64,000 bases of DNA from Muribaculaceae bacterium (lineage in GTDB: Bacteria > Bacteroidota > Bacteroidia > Bacteroidales > Muribaculaceae). The notes beneath the pieces are model-generated. The model was not told the DNA's origin and did no database searches. It was given only the letters and a program-made list of their open reading frames with translations. Location: the NCBI GenBank assembly GCA_022484565.1, contig JAKVKZ010000004.1, forward strand, positions 18,021 through 82,020, read 5' to 3'. Of this stretch, positions 8,518 to 18,122 are shown one piece after another. The position numbers were made by a program, and so were the translations under genes. Positions within the stretch are counted from its first letter, which is position 1, and each line of letters opens with the position of its first letter.

Positions 8518-9825
8518 ATGATTGAAAAAGCACCAAAAATAAAATCATTAGATGATGCCTACGCATTATTGCTTAGAGATGATTTAAGACCAGTCTTTAA
8601 TAAAATAAATTCTCAATATCTTTATTGGGACAAGGTAAAATACAACGTTCCAAAGGGCATAGATAAAGAAATATTCTGGTCAGCTGTGAAAATTCAACGG
8701 ATGGCAGGAAGTAAAATAATAAAATTCGGCAAATATCAGTTTAGCTTTTTTATCACTGAGCACATGCTTCAGAAACTACATGATTTTGATCTTAATTTGG
8801 GAGGGAACTTAGGTACGAGTAATCTCATACCAGCAAAAAGCAAGGATTCCTTTTTGGTAAGTTCGATTATGGAAGAAGCTATTGCTTCCAGTCAGATGGA
8901 AGGAGCTTCCACTACAAGGCGGATTGCAAAAGATATGCTACGAAAGGGCATGAAGCCAAAAGACAAAAGCCAGCAAATGATAGGGAACAACTATCAAACC
9001 ATAAATCATATAATTCAACACATAAATGACCCATTTAATATAGAGAACATTTTGTCCATTCATCGCCTCATATCAGCTCATACGATGGACAATGCCAAAG
9101 ATGAGGGAAATTTAAGGCAGTCGAATGATATTGTCGTAATGAATTGTATTAACGGTGAAATCGCTCACACCCCTCCAGCAAAAGAAGAGATAGAACTTCT
9201 TTTAACAGATTTGTGCGATTTTGCGAATAACGACGATGCGTACGGATTTATTCACCCAATAATCAAAAGCATAATTGTTCATTTCATGCTGGCTTTTATT
9301 CACCCATTCGCTGACGGAAATGGACGAACTGCTCGATCGTTGGTGTATTGGTATTTGGTCAAAAATGGGTATTGGCTGATGCAGTATCTTTCAATTTCCC
9401 GAATCATCTACAGAGATAAAGCTTCTTACGAAAAAGCATTCACTTATACAGAAAATGATGGCTATGATTTGTCTTATTTTATTCAATATAACCTAAAAGC
9501 TATGGACAACGCTTTCATAGAGCTGAAGGAATATTTGCAACGTAAGATAAATGAAGCCGATAGCATGAATCTGCTTCACGACATCAATGGCATAAATGAA
9601 CGTCAAGCACAATTATTGAAAATCCTAAAGGATAAGCCAACTACCGTGTTTACAACATCTGAAATTTCCACTCGATTTGGTATCGACATTAAAACTGCAC
9701 GTAAAGATCTTCAGATATTAGTAGATAAGGGATTTTTGGAGAAACGTACTCCGGCAAGAAGTCATAGTGCCACTTACATCCGAACAGAGAACTTTTCATC
9801 ATTAATTAATAATTCAGCTAAATGA
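8518..9825 (+). CDS. Fic-family protein (AMPylase-type) with an N-terminal inhibitory motif and a C-terminal winged-helix-like region
   Basis: Fic active-site motif HPFADGNGRTARS. Upstream SSQMEG fits the [ST]xxxE[GN] auto-inhibition helix. The gene is very AT-rich relative to its flanks. The track ORF starts at 8494 (GTG). Confidence 0.85.
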   Translation: MIEKAPKIKSLDDAYALLLRDDLRPVFNKINSQYLYWDKVKYNVPKGIDKEIFWSAVKIQRMAGSKIIKFGKYQFSFFITEHMLQKLHDFDLNLGGNLGTSNLIPAKSKDSFLVSSIMEEAIASSQMEGASTTRRIAKDMLRKGMKPKDKSQQMIGNNYQTINHIIQHINDPFNIENILSIHRLISAHTMDNAKDEGNLRQSNDIVVMNCINGEIAHTPPAKEEIELLLTDLCDFANNDDAYGFIHPIIKSIIVHFMLAFIHPFADGNGRTARSLVYWYLVKNGYWLMQYLSISRIIYRDKASYEKAFTYTENDGYDLSYFIQYNLKAMDNAFIELKEYLQRKINEADSMNLLHDINGINERQAQLLKILKDKPTTVFTTSEISTRFGIDIKTARKDLQILVDKGFLEKRTPARSHSATYIRTENFSSLINNSAK

Positions 9826-9865
9826 ATTTGAGGGAATTTCCCTCAAATTCCCTCAAATTCCCTTT
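9825..9865 (+). repeat. Right copy of the perfect 41-bp direct repeat flanking the Fic gene
   Basis: Identical to 8416-8456. Its first base is the last base of the fic stop codon. Confidence 0.95.
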
Positions 9866-10061
9866 GATGTCCCTTGAAATTCTGAACGAATATAGGCTTC
9901 TTACTTCTCCAAGCTGCAAGAGGCGGATATATTCTACCATTTCGCTGAATTTTCAGCATAAAAGTCTTTTTAATCACGATTATTCCCGCTTTCGCCCATA
10001 TTTTGCATGTCATCTAGACTTTATTGATGGCTATCATCTTGCTAATTTCTACGGATTATTA

Positions 10062-10069
10062 TATATTTG
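10062..10069 (+). promoter_or_regulatory. Candidate -7 promoter box (TATATTTG) for the acyltransferase pair
   Basis: Matches TAnnTTTG 18 bp upstream of ATG 10087. This supports the shorter start. Confidence 0.4.
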
Positions 10070-10086
10070 CACCTCAAAATGGAAAT

Positions 10087-10902
10087 ATGCCCGAAAAAGC
10101 CCTACATATTGACGTAGCCGAAACCCTAAAGACAAAATTACCGAAATATTATAAGTTTATCCCTAATTTTGCCATACGCTGGCTTGCACACACCATTTGC
10201 CAAGATCAGCTCAATGATATTCTTGAGCGCAACAATGGCAAGGAAGGCGTGGACTTTGCCACCGCGGTGCTGCACGACCTTAATGTAACGCTCAATATTG
10301 AAGGCGAGGAAAATATCCCCGACGAAGGTCACTTCACGTTCGCGTCGAATCATCCTCTGGGAGGACTTGACGGGCTTGCCCTGATTTCATATATCGGGAA
10401 AAAGTTTGCCGGAAAAATCCATTTTGTGGTGAACGACATCCTGATGCAGGTTCGTCCGCTTGCTCCAGTTTTCCTGCCGGTGAACGAGCATGGGGCGCAA
10501 CGCCAAAATGCAGTCAAAGCATTAAACAGTGCCAATTCTTCCGACAACCAAATCATAGTGTTCCCTTCAGGAATTTGTTCACGCCGCCAAATGGACGGCA
10601 TAGTGGCCGACCGCACATGGCATAAATCATTCATCAAAAGCAGTGTGGAATACCACCGCGATGTGATTCCTGTGCATTTTGTGGCTCAAAATTCCAACTT
10701 TTTTTATCGCATGGCAAATTTTCGTGAGCGGATTGGTATGAAATTCAACATAGAAATGATATATTTGCCAAGCGAAATGCTGAAATGCCACGACCGCACT
10801 TTCACTATCCGCTTCGGAAAGCCTGTCACTTGGCAGTCGCTTACTGATTTACCATACGGCGAATGTGCCCAACGCATCCGCAATTTGGTGTATAACTTAT
10901 AA
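10087..10902 (+). CDS. glsA: Lysophospholipid/1-acylglycerol-3-phosphate-type O-acyltransferase (glycine-lipid GlsA-like)
   Basis: PlsC-type motif FASNHPLGGLDG and ..VFPSGICSRR... It lies directly upstream of a hemolysin-like N-acyltransferase, the gene pair described for Bacteroidales glycine lipid synthesis. Confidence 0.55.
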   Translation: MPEKALHIDVAETLKTKLPKYYKFIPNFAIRWLAHTICQDQLNDILERNNGKEGVDFATAVLHDLNVTLNIEGEENIPDEGHFTFASNHPLGGLDGLALISYIGKKFAGKIHFVVNDILMQVRPLAPVFLPVNEHGAQRQNAVKALNSANSSDNQIIVFPSGICSRRQMDGIVADRTWHKSFIKSSVEYHRDVIPVHFVAQNSNFFYRMANFRERIGMKFNIEMIYLPSEMLKCHDRTFTIRFGKPVTWQSLTDLPYGECAQRIRNLVYNL

Positions 10903-10923
10903 TTAATTTGCAATTTCTCAGTT

Positions 10924-11877
10924 ATGGAAACAATAATACCCGCTGTTGATATCGACCTGATTGAATCCGAGCTTACACCCGAACGATTTCTGCGACACAC
11001 AAACAAAGGCAATAACGACATTTACATTGTTGACGCGTTCAATTCGCCCAACACGATGAACGAGATAGGCCGACTCCGCGAAATAGCTTTCCGCTGCGCA
11101 GGCGGCGGCACAGGACTTAAATGCGACATTGACGAATTCGACACCATGCCAGTGCCCTGTCAACAGCTAATCGTGTGGAATCACGAAGAGCATGAGATTA
11201 TCGGCGGCTACCGCTTCATTCTTGGCGAAAACATAGCATTCAAGAATGGCATTCCGCAGATTGCCACTTCCCACATGTTCAACTTCTCCAAACGATTCAT
11301 CGATGAACTTCTTCCCGTCACAATCGAATTGGGCCGGTCGTTTGTCCGCTTGGAATATCAATCTACCAAACTCGGAACAAAGGCAATTTATGCGCTCGAC
11401 AACCTTTGGGACGGACTTGGCGCACTCACAGTGGTGTATCCTCAAAGCAAATATCTGTTCGGCAAGGTCACCATGTATCCCAACTATTCAATTGAGTGCC
11501 GCAACATGCTGCTTTATTTCCTCAACATGTATTTTCCTGACACTGAAAATCTTGTACGCCCTATTGAGCCACTTGTCACCAACACCAATGTTGATGCCAT
11601 GAAGCAATTCTTCAAGGGCAACGATTTCAAGGAGGATTATTATCGCCTGAACCGCTTCATCCGAGAGCACGGATTCAACATTCCGCCACTCGTCAACGCC
11701 TACATGAGCCTATCGCCCACAATGCGGATGTTCGGAACGGCAATAAACCACGAGTTCGGCGAAGTAGAGGAAAGCGGGATTTTCTTCTCGATTGATGAGA
11801 TCACCAACGAAAAGAAAAGTCGACACATCAACACTTTTGAGGCCAACGACCATCCAGAGAGTTTAAGGGTTCACTAA
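10924..11877 (+). CDS. glsB: GNAT-fold N-acyl amino acid synthase (hemolysin-like; glycine-lipid GlsB-like)
   Basis: 317 aa. ..IGRLREIAFRCAGGGTGL.. and the overall length match the OlsB/commendamide-type N-acyltransferases of Bacteroidales. It is paired with the O-acyltransferase. Confidence 0.55.
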   Translation: METIIPAVDIDLIESELTPERFLRHTNKGNNDIYIVDAFNSPNTMNEIGRLREIAFRCAGGGTGLKCDIDEFDTMPVPCQQLIVWNHEEHEIIGGYRFILGENIAFKNGIPQIATSHMFNFSKRFIDELLPVTIELGRSFVRLEYQSTKLGTKAIYALDNLWDGLGALTVVYPQSKYLFGKVTMYPNYSIECRNMLLYFLNMYFPDTENLVRPIEPLVTNTNVDAMKQFFKGNDFKEDYYRLNRFIREHGFNIPPLVNAYMSLSPTMRMFGTAINHEFGEVEESGIFFSIDEITNEKKSRHINTFEANDHPESLRVH

Positions 11878-13422
11878 TTGAAAACAAACTATATTCACAT
11901 CTTATTTGTTCTGGCAGCCTTGATTTCCGCTTCGGCGCTTCAGGCAGCCGACTTCGACGGCATCAATTATTCAGGTTCCGTCATTGCCAATTCCGGCAGC
12001 GGCGATTTTGCCCCGTACTACATGGCATCGAATGTCCACGGCATCGTCACCCAGCCTTATTCCACATTGTTGCGGGCATCAATTGAGAAGCCAACCGACA
12101 CTTGCAGCCGAGTAAGCTATGGCTTTGGAGCGGACTTTATTGGAGGCTACACTTCCAAAACTTCATATTCATTCTACAATGCGTCGACAGCCTCTTTCGC
12201 ATCCCACAAACTGCATCCTGCCGACGGATGGATTCAGCAGCTGTATGTGGAAGGCAAATACCGCAGCGTGTTCGTCATTTTGGGCATGAAAGAGCAAAGT
12301 TCCAAACTTCTGAATTTCCAGCTCAGCAGCGGCGACATCTCAATGTCGGGCAATGCGCGTCCAGTGCCTGGCCTGCGCACCGGCTTCATTGATTTTCAGG
12401 ATATTCCCTACACCAACCATTGGGTTCAAATATGCGGCGAAATAAGTTACGGCAAAACAACCGACAAGAAATGGCTTGAAGACCATTACAATTACTACAA
12501 CGATTTCATCACCACTGGCTCATGGTTCGACTATAAGAATATCTATTTCCGCACTAATCCGGAAAAGCCGTTTTCAGTCACTGCCGGTATGCAGGCCTCC
12601 TGCCAATTCGGCGGCTATAACCGCAGTTATGAAAAAGGCGTTATGAAAAATTCCACCCATATTGATGCCAATCTGAAGGCATTTTTCCGTTGCCTTGTGC
12701 CCGGAAGCGGCGGAAACAGCGGCGGCGATTACTACGTTGAGGGCAATCATGTAGGCTCCATTGATTTTCTGTTCCGCTATCGCCTCCACGACGGCACAAA
12801 TCTGAAGGCTTATTATCAAACTCCGTGGGAAGACGGCTCTGGAATGGGCAAATTGAACGGCTTCGACGGCCTTTACGGCATTGAATATGCCGCTCCACAT
12901 CATGGCGCAGTAATCAATGGCGCAGTGATTGAATACCTTGATTTCACCAACCAAAGCGGGCCTATCCACTGGTCGCCATTCGACAATCCGGGCACTACCA
13001 TCACCAGACACGCGACCGGAGACGATAACTATTACAACAATTACTGCTACAACGGCTACCAATATTATGGGATGTCGTACGGCTCACCTTTCATAACTTC
13101 ACCGCTTTACAACCTTGATGGCTACATGAGCTACACCTGCAACCGTATGCGCGGTTTTCATGTCGGTGTCAGCGGCAGCATGGCCAAGTATATCGACTAT
13201 CGGGTACTCGCCTCTTATCGCAAGTCATGGGGCACTCCTTTCATCCCGTTTCTCCAGACAAAGCACGATTTTTCAGCACTTTTTGAGGCGACCTTGCTTC
13301 CTGAAACAATTGAGAAGGGACTTTCAATGAAGGTGCAGCTGGCGCTTGACCGCGGCACTCTCTACGGCAATAATGCCAGCATACTATTCTCCATCAGCTA
13401 TAGCGGACTATTAAAATTTTAA
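11878..13422 (+). CDS. Secreted beta-barrel-like protein, possibly capsule-assembly Wzi family
   Basis: Signal peptide KTNYIHILFVLAALISASALQA. SGSGDFAPYYMASNVHGIV resembles the conserved N-terminal Wzi motif. A TTG start directly abuts the glsB stop, and there is no in-frame ATG before residue ~49. Confidence 0.45.
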   Translation: MKTNYIHILFVLAALISASALQAADFDGINYSGSVIANSGSGDFAPYYMASNVHGIVTQPYSTLLRASIEKPTDTCSRVSYGFGADFIGGYTSKTSYSFYNASTASFASHKLHPADGWIQQLYVEGKYRSVFVILGMKEQSSKLLNFQLSSGDISMSGNARPVPGLRTGFIDFQDIPYTNHWVQICGEISYGKTTDKKWLEDHYNYYNDFITTGSWFDYKNIYFRTNPEKPFSVTAGMQASCQFGGYNRSYEKGVMKNSTHIDANLKAFFRCLVPGSGGNSGGDYYVEGNHVGSIDFLFRYRLHDGTNLKAYYQTPWEDGSGMGKLNGFDGLYGIEYAAPHHGAVINGAVIEYLDFTNQSGPIHWSPFDNPGTTITRHATGDDNYYNNYCYNGYQYYGMSYGSPFITSPLYNLDGYMSYTCNRMRGFHVGVSGSMAKYIDYRVLASYRKSWGTPFIPFLQTKHDFSALFEATLLPETIEKGLSMKVQLALDRGTLYGNNASILFSISYSGLLKF

Positions 13423-13428
13423 CCGGCA

Positions 13429-13857
13429 ATGAAAAATCTCATCTATTCCATAATTTTCTTCTTCATTGTCGCAGCCACTTCGACTTTCACCTCATGCACC
13501 CACAATAATGGCGACATAGGCGATTGGTTCGGCCTTTGGAAAGTCACTTCAATCACCATCGACGGAGCGCAGGACACCACTTATCACGGCAACCTCTTTT
13601 TCGCTTTTCAAAACAATATCTTCAGCCAACGGCTTATCCTCGAAAACCATGATTACAACCAGACTTTCGGCACTTGGAGCCAGGACGGTACAAACTTAAC
13701 CGTCACTTTTTCCGACTCCATCTACATGCCATTGACTGAAAGCCACATGCAATTCGGCACAAACGTAATGAGAATAGCCGAGTCATCGGGATCCGACATC
13801 ACCTTGGCCTATTCTGTGCCTTTCCACAATTACGTTTACACGCTCAAAAAGTGGTAA
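13429..13857 (+). CDS. Small lipoprotein (lipocalin-like?)
   Basis: MKNLIYSIIFFFIVAATSTFTSC is a lipobox with Cys. 142 aa, 6 nt after the previous gene. Confidence 0.5.
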   Translation: MKNLIYSIIFFFIVAATSTFTSCTHNNGDIGDWFGLWKVTSITIDGAQDTTYHGNLFFAFQNNIFSQRLILENHDYNQTFGTWSQDGTNLTVTFSDSIYMPLTESHMQFGTNVMRIAESSGSDITLAYSVPFHNYVYTLKKW

Positions 13858-14409
13858 TCATTGTAATTTAGGCGATTTCCCGTATTCCACCTTTTCCTCT
13901 GCAGCAATCGGCATTTCCGAAAATGTGCCCAGCGATTCAGTTGTGGGTTCTATGTCAATGTTGCTCAATTTGGCATTTTGCCGCATCAGATATATTTGGC
14001 TTAGCCGACGAGCCAGCGCCATCAACGTTGCGCAGCTTTGCTGCTTGCTAAGCTGACATTCCCACACCACCAGCACGTGCCATCCCATTTTGTGAAGTTT
14101 GGCATAATCTTCAAGGTCACGGGCTTTGTTGCGTTCAATCTTTGCTTTCCAAAAGTCAACATTAGTCTGCGGCAATCTGAATTTTCCGCAATCATCGTGT
14201 CCGTGCCAAAAGCACCCGTGCACAAAAATCACCGTGGCATAGCGGTGCAGCACAATATCGGGCGTGCCTGGCAATCGGCGTACATGCAGCCTGTAGCGAA
14301 AACCTCTTGCAAACAGATATTTCCGCACAGTCATTTCCGGCTTGGTGTTCTTACTTCGGATATGCGCCATGCACCTGTGCCGCTGCTCTTTTGTCATTTT
14401 GTCGGCCAT
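13858..14409 (-). CDS. vsr: Very-short-patch repair endonuclease Vsr, with a C-terminal extension
   Basis: TKPEMTVRKYLFARGFRYRLHVRRLPGTPDIVLHRYATVIFVHGCFWHGHDDC is the Vsr signature. At 183 aa it is longer than the typical ~150 aa. Confidence 0.85.
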   Translation of the reverse strand: MADKMTKEQRHRCMAHIRSKNTKPEMTVRKYLFARGFRYRLHVRRLPGTPDIVLHRYATVIFVHGCFWHGHDDCGKFRLPQTNVDFWKAKIERNKARDLEDYAKLHKMGWHVLVVWECQLSKQQSCATLMALARRLSQIYLMRQNAKLSNIDIEPTTESLGTFSEMPIAAEEKVEYGKSPKLQ

Positions 14410-14411
14410 CG

Positions 14412-15329
14412 TTATTTTTTCATTACGTTTCTTGGATGATGCTCCAAAATCTCGCGCCGCAGGAATGTGCGGTCGATGTTCACGTATATTTCAGTCGTAG
14501 TGATGCTTTCGTGGCCGAGCATCTGCTGAATGGCCCTGAGATTTGCCCCGCCTTCCAGCAAATGAGTGGCAAATGAGTGCCGCAAAGTGTGCGGACTCAC
14601 CGTTTTCCGTATTCCGGCTAATTCGCAAAGGTCCTTGATGATATAGAACACCATCACCCTCGTCAATTGTCCGCCTCGACGGTTCAGGAAAAGTATATCC
14701 TCGCAACCACGCTTCACCGTCAATCGGCTGCGGTATTCCCTCTCATATTCCGCTATTTCATCGAGCGCTATGCGCGAAATCGGCACAAACCGCTGCTTAT
14801 CGCCCTTGCCAGTCACTATCACATATTCATCGTCAGCAAACACTTGCGACATTCTCAGCCCCACCAGTTCCGACACCCGCAGCCCGCAGCCGTACATCGT
14901 CTCGATTATTGCACGGTTACGTGGTCCCTCCGGCTTGCTGAGATCGATAGCGGCAATCATTCTGTCGATTTCCTCCACGGTGAGCACAGTTGGCAGTTTC
15001 CGGCCGATTTTCGGCGATTCAAGCAGTCTTGTGGGGTTTTCCTCAACGTACCCTTCAATTTTCAGGAATTTATAGAAGCTCTTTATTCCCGATATTATTC
15101 TTGCCTGCGACCTCGGCTGGATGCCGATGTCCTTCAGTGCGCACACAAAGTTTTCAAGATCCTCGCGCGTCACACTTTCTATTCCGCGCCCCTCATCGTT
15201 GGCATAGCGCAGCAATTTGCTCACGTCGTCGCAATACGCCTCTTTCGTATTGCCCGACAATCCCTTTTCAAGTTGCAGATACACCTTGAACTGCTCCATC
15301 ACTTTAGCTATGTCCTCTATTTTGCGCAT
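14412..15329 (-). CDS. xerD: Tyrosine site-specific recombinase XerD
   Basis: 305 aa. The N-terminal SAM-like domain (FKVYLQLEKGLSGNTKEAYCDDV) and C-terminal catalytic residues ..HTLRHSFATHLLEGGANLRAIQQMLGHESITTTEIY.. are present. Confidence 0.85.
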   Translation of the reverse strand: MRKIEDIAKVMEQFKVYLQLEKGLSGNTKEAYCDDVSKLLRYANDEGRGIESVTREDLENFVCALKDIGIQPRSQARIISGIKSFYKFLKIEGYVEENPTRLLESPKIGRKLPTVLTVEEIDRMIAAIDLSKPEGPRNRAIIETMYGCGLRVSELVGLRMSQVFADDEYVIVTGKGDKQRFVPISRIALDEIAEYEREYRSRLTVKRGCEDILFLNRRGGQLTRVMVFYIIKDLCELAGIRKTVSPHTLRHSFATHLLEGGANLRAIQQMLGHESITTTEIYVNIDRTFLRREILEHHPRNVMKK

Positions 15330-15355
15330 TTTCTTTTCATTCTCCGTTTCAATTG

Positions 15356-15387
15356 CAAATATAGTTCAACCTTATCGCAATAGCAAA
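15356..15387 (-). promoter_or_regulatory. Sigma-A type promoter for xerD-vsr (-33 TTTG, -7 TATATTTG on the minus strand)
   Basis: Plus strand caaatata at 15356-15363 and caaa at 15384-15387, with 21 bp spacing, ~27 bp upstream of the xerD ATG. Confidence 0.45.
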
Positions 15388-15506
15388 TCAATATTTACCG
15401 GATTTTATTATCTATTAGCCCATTTATAAGCGATTAGAACAACTATATTTCCTCAATTCCGCATTTTTTTGTAGTTTTACACCCGATTTTTAAATTAACG
15501 TCGATT

Positions 15507-18116
15507 ATGGAGCCTAACACCAATAACAACAAAAATGCGTTCGTGCGTCTGTTCACGGACAGGAAATTACTTTTCAGCCTGCTTGCAATCGCTGTTTTCG
15601 CCCTTATTTCATGGGCATATTTCTATCCTGATGATGTACAGAACAACGTGCTGCACGCCCAGGACATCCAAGCTGGCTTGGCCAATGGTCAGGAGGTCGC
15701 CTCATTCCACATGAAGACCGGTAAGACTTACTGGTGGAATAATTCCCTGTTCTGCGGAATGCCATCTTTCCAGATGTCGCCGTCGTACAGCAGCAACGAG
15801 TCGCTCAACACTGTCGGCAAAGTTCTCGGACTTGGTTTCACCTCGCCTGTCAACTTGCTGTTCATCATGATGCTTGGCTTCTACATCCTTATGCTTGCCT
15901 GCAATGTGAAGTGGTATGTGGCTATCCCGGGCGCAATTGCCTATGGATTTTCATCTTACTTCATAATATTGATTGGAGCGGGCCATATTTGGAAATATCT
16001 TACTCTCGCTTACATTCCGCCCACGATTGCGGGCGTCATTTGGTGCTATCGAGGCAAATATCTGCTCGGTGGTGCTGTAGCGGCGCTTTTTGCTGCACTT
16101 CAGATTGTATCCAACCACATTCAGATGTCGTATTATTTCCTATTTGTCATTCTTGCCCTTGTCATCGCTTATCTTGTCAAGGCAATTAAGGACAAGGAAA
16201 TGAAGAAGTGGGGCATCGCCACCGGCACTCTTTTGGTTGCTGCTATCCTTGCTGTGGGGGCAAACATGTCGAACCTCTACAATACCTACGAGTTCAGCAA
16301 AGAGACAATGCGTGGCGGACGTTCTGAACTGCCTGCCGTCGCAACCAGCCAAAATGCCAAGGCAAACGATAAAGCAAACTTGACCAAAAATGGTCTGAAC
16401 CGCGACTACATCACTCAATGGAGCTATGGCATCGGCGAAACCAACTCGCTCATGATTCCTAACGTGTGCGGCGGCTCTTCCGTACGCCTCACGAATGGAG
16501 AAACCAGCATGCTCTCTCTTGCCGAAACGGACAAGGCTAAGGAAATGCTCGATAAAAATGAGATTTCACAGCAGGATTATCAATATCTGCAACAGTTCCC
16601 GCAATATTTCGGCGACCAGCCTATGACTAACGGGCCTGTGTATGTCGGCGCGCTTATCTGCGCCCTGTTCCTGCTCGGCTGCTGCGTAGTGAAAGGTCCT
16701 GTAAAATGGGCTTTGCTGATTGTCACAATTTTGTCAGTTCTGCTCTCGTGGGGGCACAACTTCATGGGACTTACCAACGTATTTATCGATTATTTGCCGT
16801 TCTACAACAAGTTCCGAACGGTTTCAAGCATACTTGTCATAGCAGAGTTCACAATGCCAATGCTGGCAATGCTGGCTTTGCAGAAGATTTTCACTGAAAA
16901 GGATTTCTTCCAGAATCATTCACGCGCACTGTATGCGTCTTTCGGCATCACTGCGGTAATTTGCCTTTTCATCTGGATGTTCCCTGGCGTTTTCAGCCTT
17001 TATTCCCAATCGGAAAATGAGCAGTTCATTCAAAGCGGTGTTGCCCAGCAGGTTCCAACCCTAACCACGGCCATTGAAGCTATCCGCAGGAGCATGATTG
17101 CCTCCGATGCCATCCGCAGCTTTGTCATTATCGCTATCGGTTTCGGCATTCTGCTTGTTTACTTCACTAAGAAGATTAATGCGGTTCTCACCGGCTCGCT
17201 TGTCACCGTCCTTGTGCTGATTGACCTTTACACCATCAATAAGCGCTACCTCAGCAGCAGCTCATTCACTTCCGATAGCGGTATCGCAACTCAGCCTTTC
17301 CAGCCACGTACGGTTGACCAGCAGATTAAGCGCGACACCACAATGAATTATCGTGTGTTTGACGTCCAGCATTTCAGCGACGCTCTGCCTTCCACATTCC
17401 ATAAGGCCGTCGGCGGTTACAGCCCTGCCAAACTCAACCGTTTCCAGGACCTTATAGATTACCAGATTGCTAAGAACAACATGCAGGTAATCAACATGCT
17501 CAACGCTAAATATATCATCACATCCGATTCCACCGTAATGCAGAATCCGGGTGCTCTTGGCAATGCATGGTTCGTGGATTCGTTGACTTTCGTGAATACT
17601 CCGGTTGAGGAAATGCACTTCCTCGATAAATTCAATCCTAAGACTCAGGCTGTGGCCGACGCTAAGTTCAAGTCAGCAATTGGTGGCGCGATACCTGCAA
17701 AGGCTTCCGGCGACACCATCTACGAGGTTACATACGCGCCTGATGAGCTGAATTACCATGCAGTTTCCAAGAATGGCGGTCTGGCAGTATTCTCCGAAAT
17801 CTACTTCCCTTGGGGCTGGCAAGTCAGCATCGATGGCAAGCCTGTGGAAATGGGCCGTGTGAACTATGTTCTCCGCGCTCTCCGCATTCCTGCCGGCAGC
17901 CACAACATTCATTTCCTCTACGACCCGCAATCGGTACACACTACCGAAACCATCGGTTACTGCTCCAACATTCTCATTGCAATTGCTGTTATTGCCGCAA
18001 TTGCGGGAGGAATCCTGCAGGCTGTCCGTCGCAAGCCAGAGGATGAAGCTCCTGCCGAAGTTCCGGCTGAAAAAGAACCGGCTGCTCCAGCAAAGCCTAA
18101 AGCAAAGAAGAAATAA
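15507..18116 (+). CDS. yfhO: YfhO-family polytopic membrane protein (glycosyl-transfer associated)
   Basis: 869 aa with many TM helices. N-terminus ..YFYPDDVQNNVLHAQDIQAGLANGQE.. and ..NNSLFCGMPSFQMS.. are typical of Bacteroidetes YfhO. It has a Pro/Ala/Lys tail. Confidence 0.75.
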   Translation: MEPNTNNNKNAFVRLFTDRKLLFSLLAIAVFALISWAYFYPDDVQNNVLHAQDIQAGLANGQEVASFHMKTGKTYWWNNSLFCGMPSFQMSPSYSSNESLNTVGKVLGLGFTSPVNLLFIMMLGFYILMLACNVKWYVAIPGAIAYGFSSYFIILIGAGHIWKYLTLAYIPPTIAGVIWCYRGKYLLGGAVAALFAALQIVSNHIQMSYYFLFVILALVIAYLVKAIKDKEMKKWGIATGTLLVAAILAVGANMSNLYNTYEFSKETMRGGRSELPAVATSQNAKANDKANLTKNGLNRDYITQWSYGIGETNSLMIPNVCGGSSVRLTNGETSMLSLAETDKAKEMLDKNEISQQDYQYLQQFPQYFGDQPMTNGPVYVGALICALFLLGCCVVKGPVKWALLIVTILSVLLSWGHNFMGLTNVFIDYLPFYNKFRTVSSILVIAEFTMPMLAMLALQKIFTEKDFFQNHSRALYASFGITAVICLFIWMFPGVFSLYSQSENEQFIQSGVAQQVPTLTTAIEAIRRSMIASDAIRSFVIIAIGFGILLVYFTKKINAVLTGSLVTVLVLIDLYTINKRYLSSSSFTSDSGIATQPFQPRTVDQQIKRDTTMNYRVFDVQHFSDALPSTFHKAVGGYSPAKLNRFQDLIDYQIAKNNMQVINMLNAKYIITSDSTVMQNPGALGNAWFVDSLTFVNTPVEEMHFLDKFNPKTQAVADAKFKSAIGGAIPAKASGDTIYEVTYAPDELNYHAVSKNGGLAVFSEIYFPWGWQVSIDGKPVEMGRVNYVLRALRIPAGSHNIHFLYDPQSVHTTETIGYCSNILIAIAVIAAIAGGILQAVRRKPEDEAPAEVPAEKEPAAPAKPKAKKK

Positions 18117-18122
18117 CTTGTT

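Noticed and set aside
9822-10112. 96-aa ORF starting inside the right 41-bp repeat, and the N-terminal extension of the acyltransferase ORF (10024-10086).
   Set aside because: The translation is repeat-derived (..EFPSNSLKFPLMS..). A TAnnTTTG box at 10062-10069 places the transcription start downstream of both, favouring ATG 10087.
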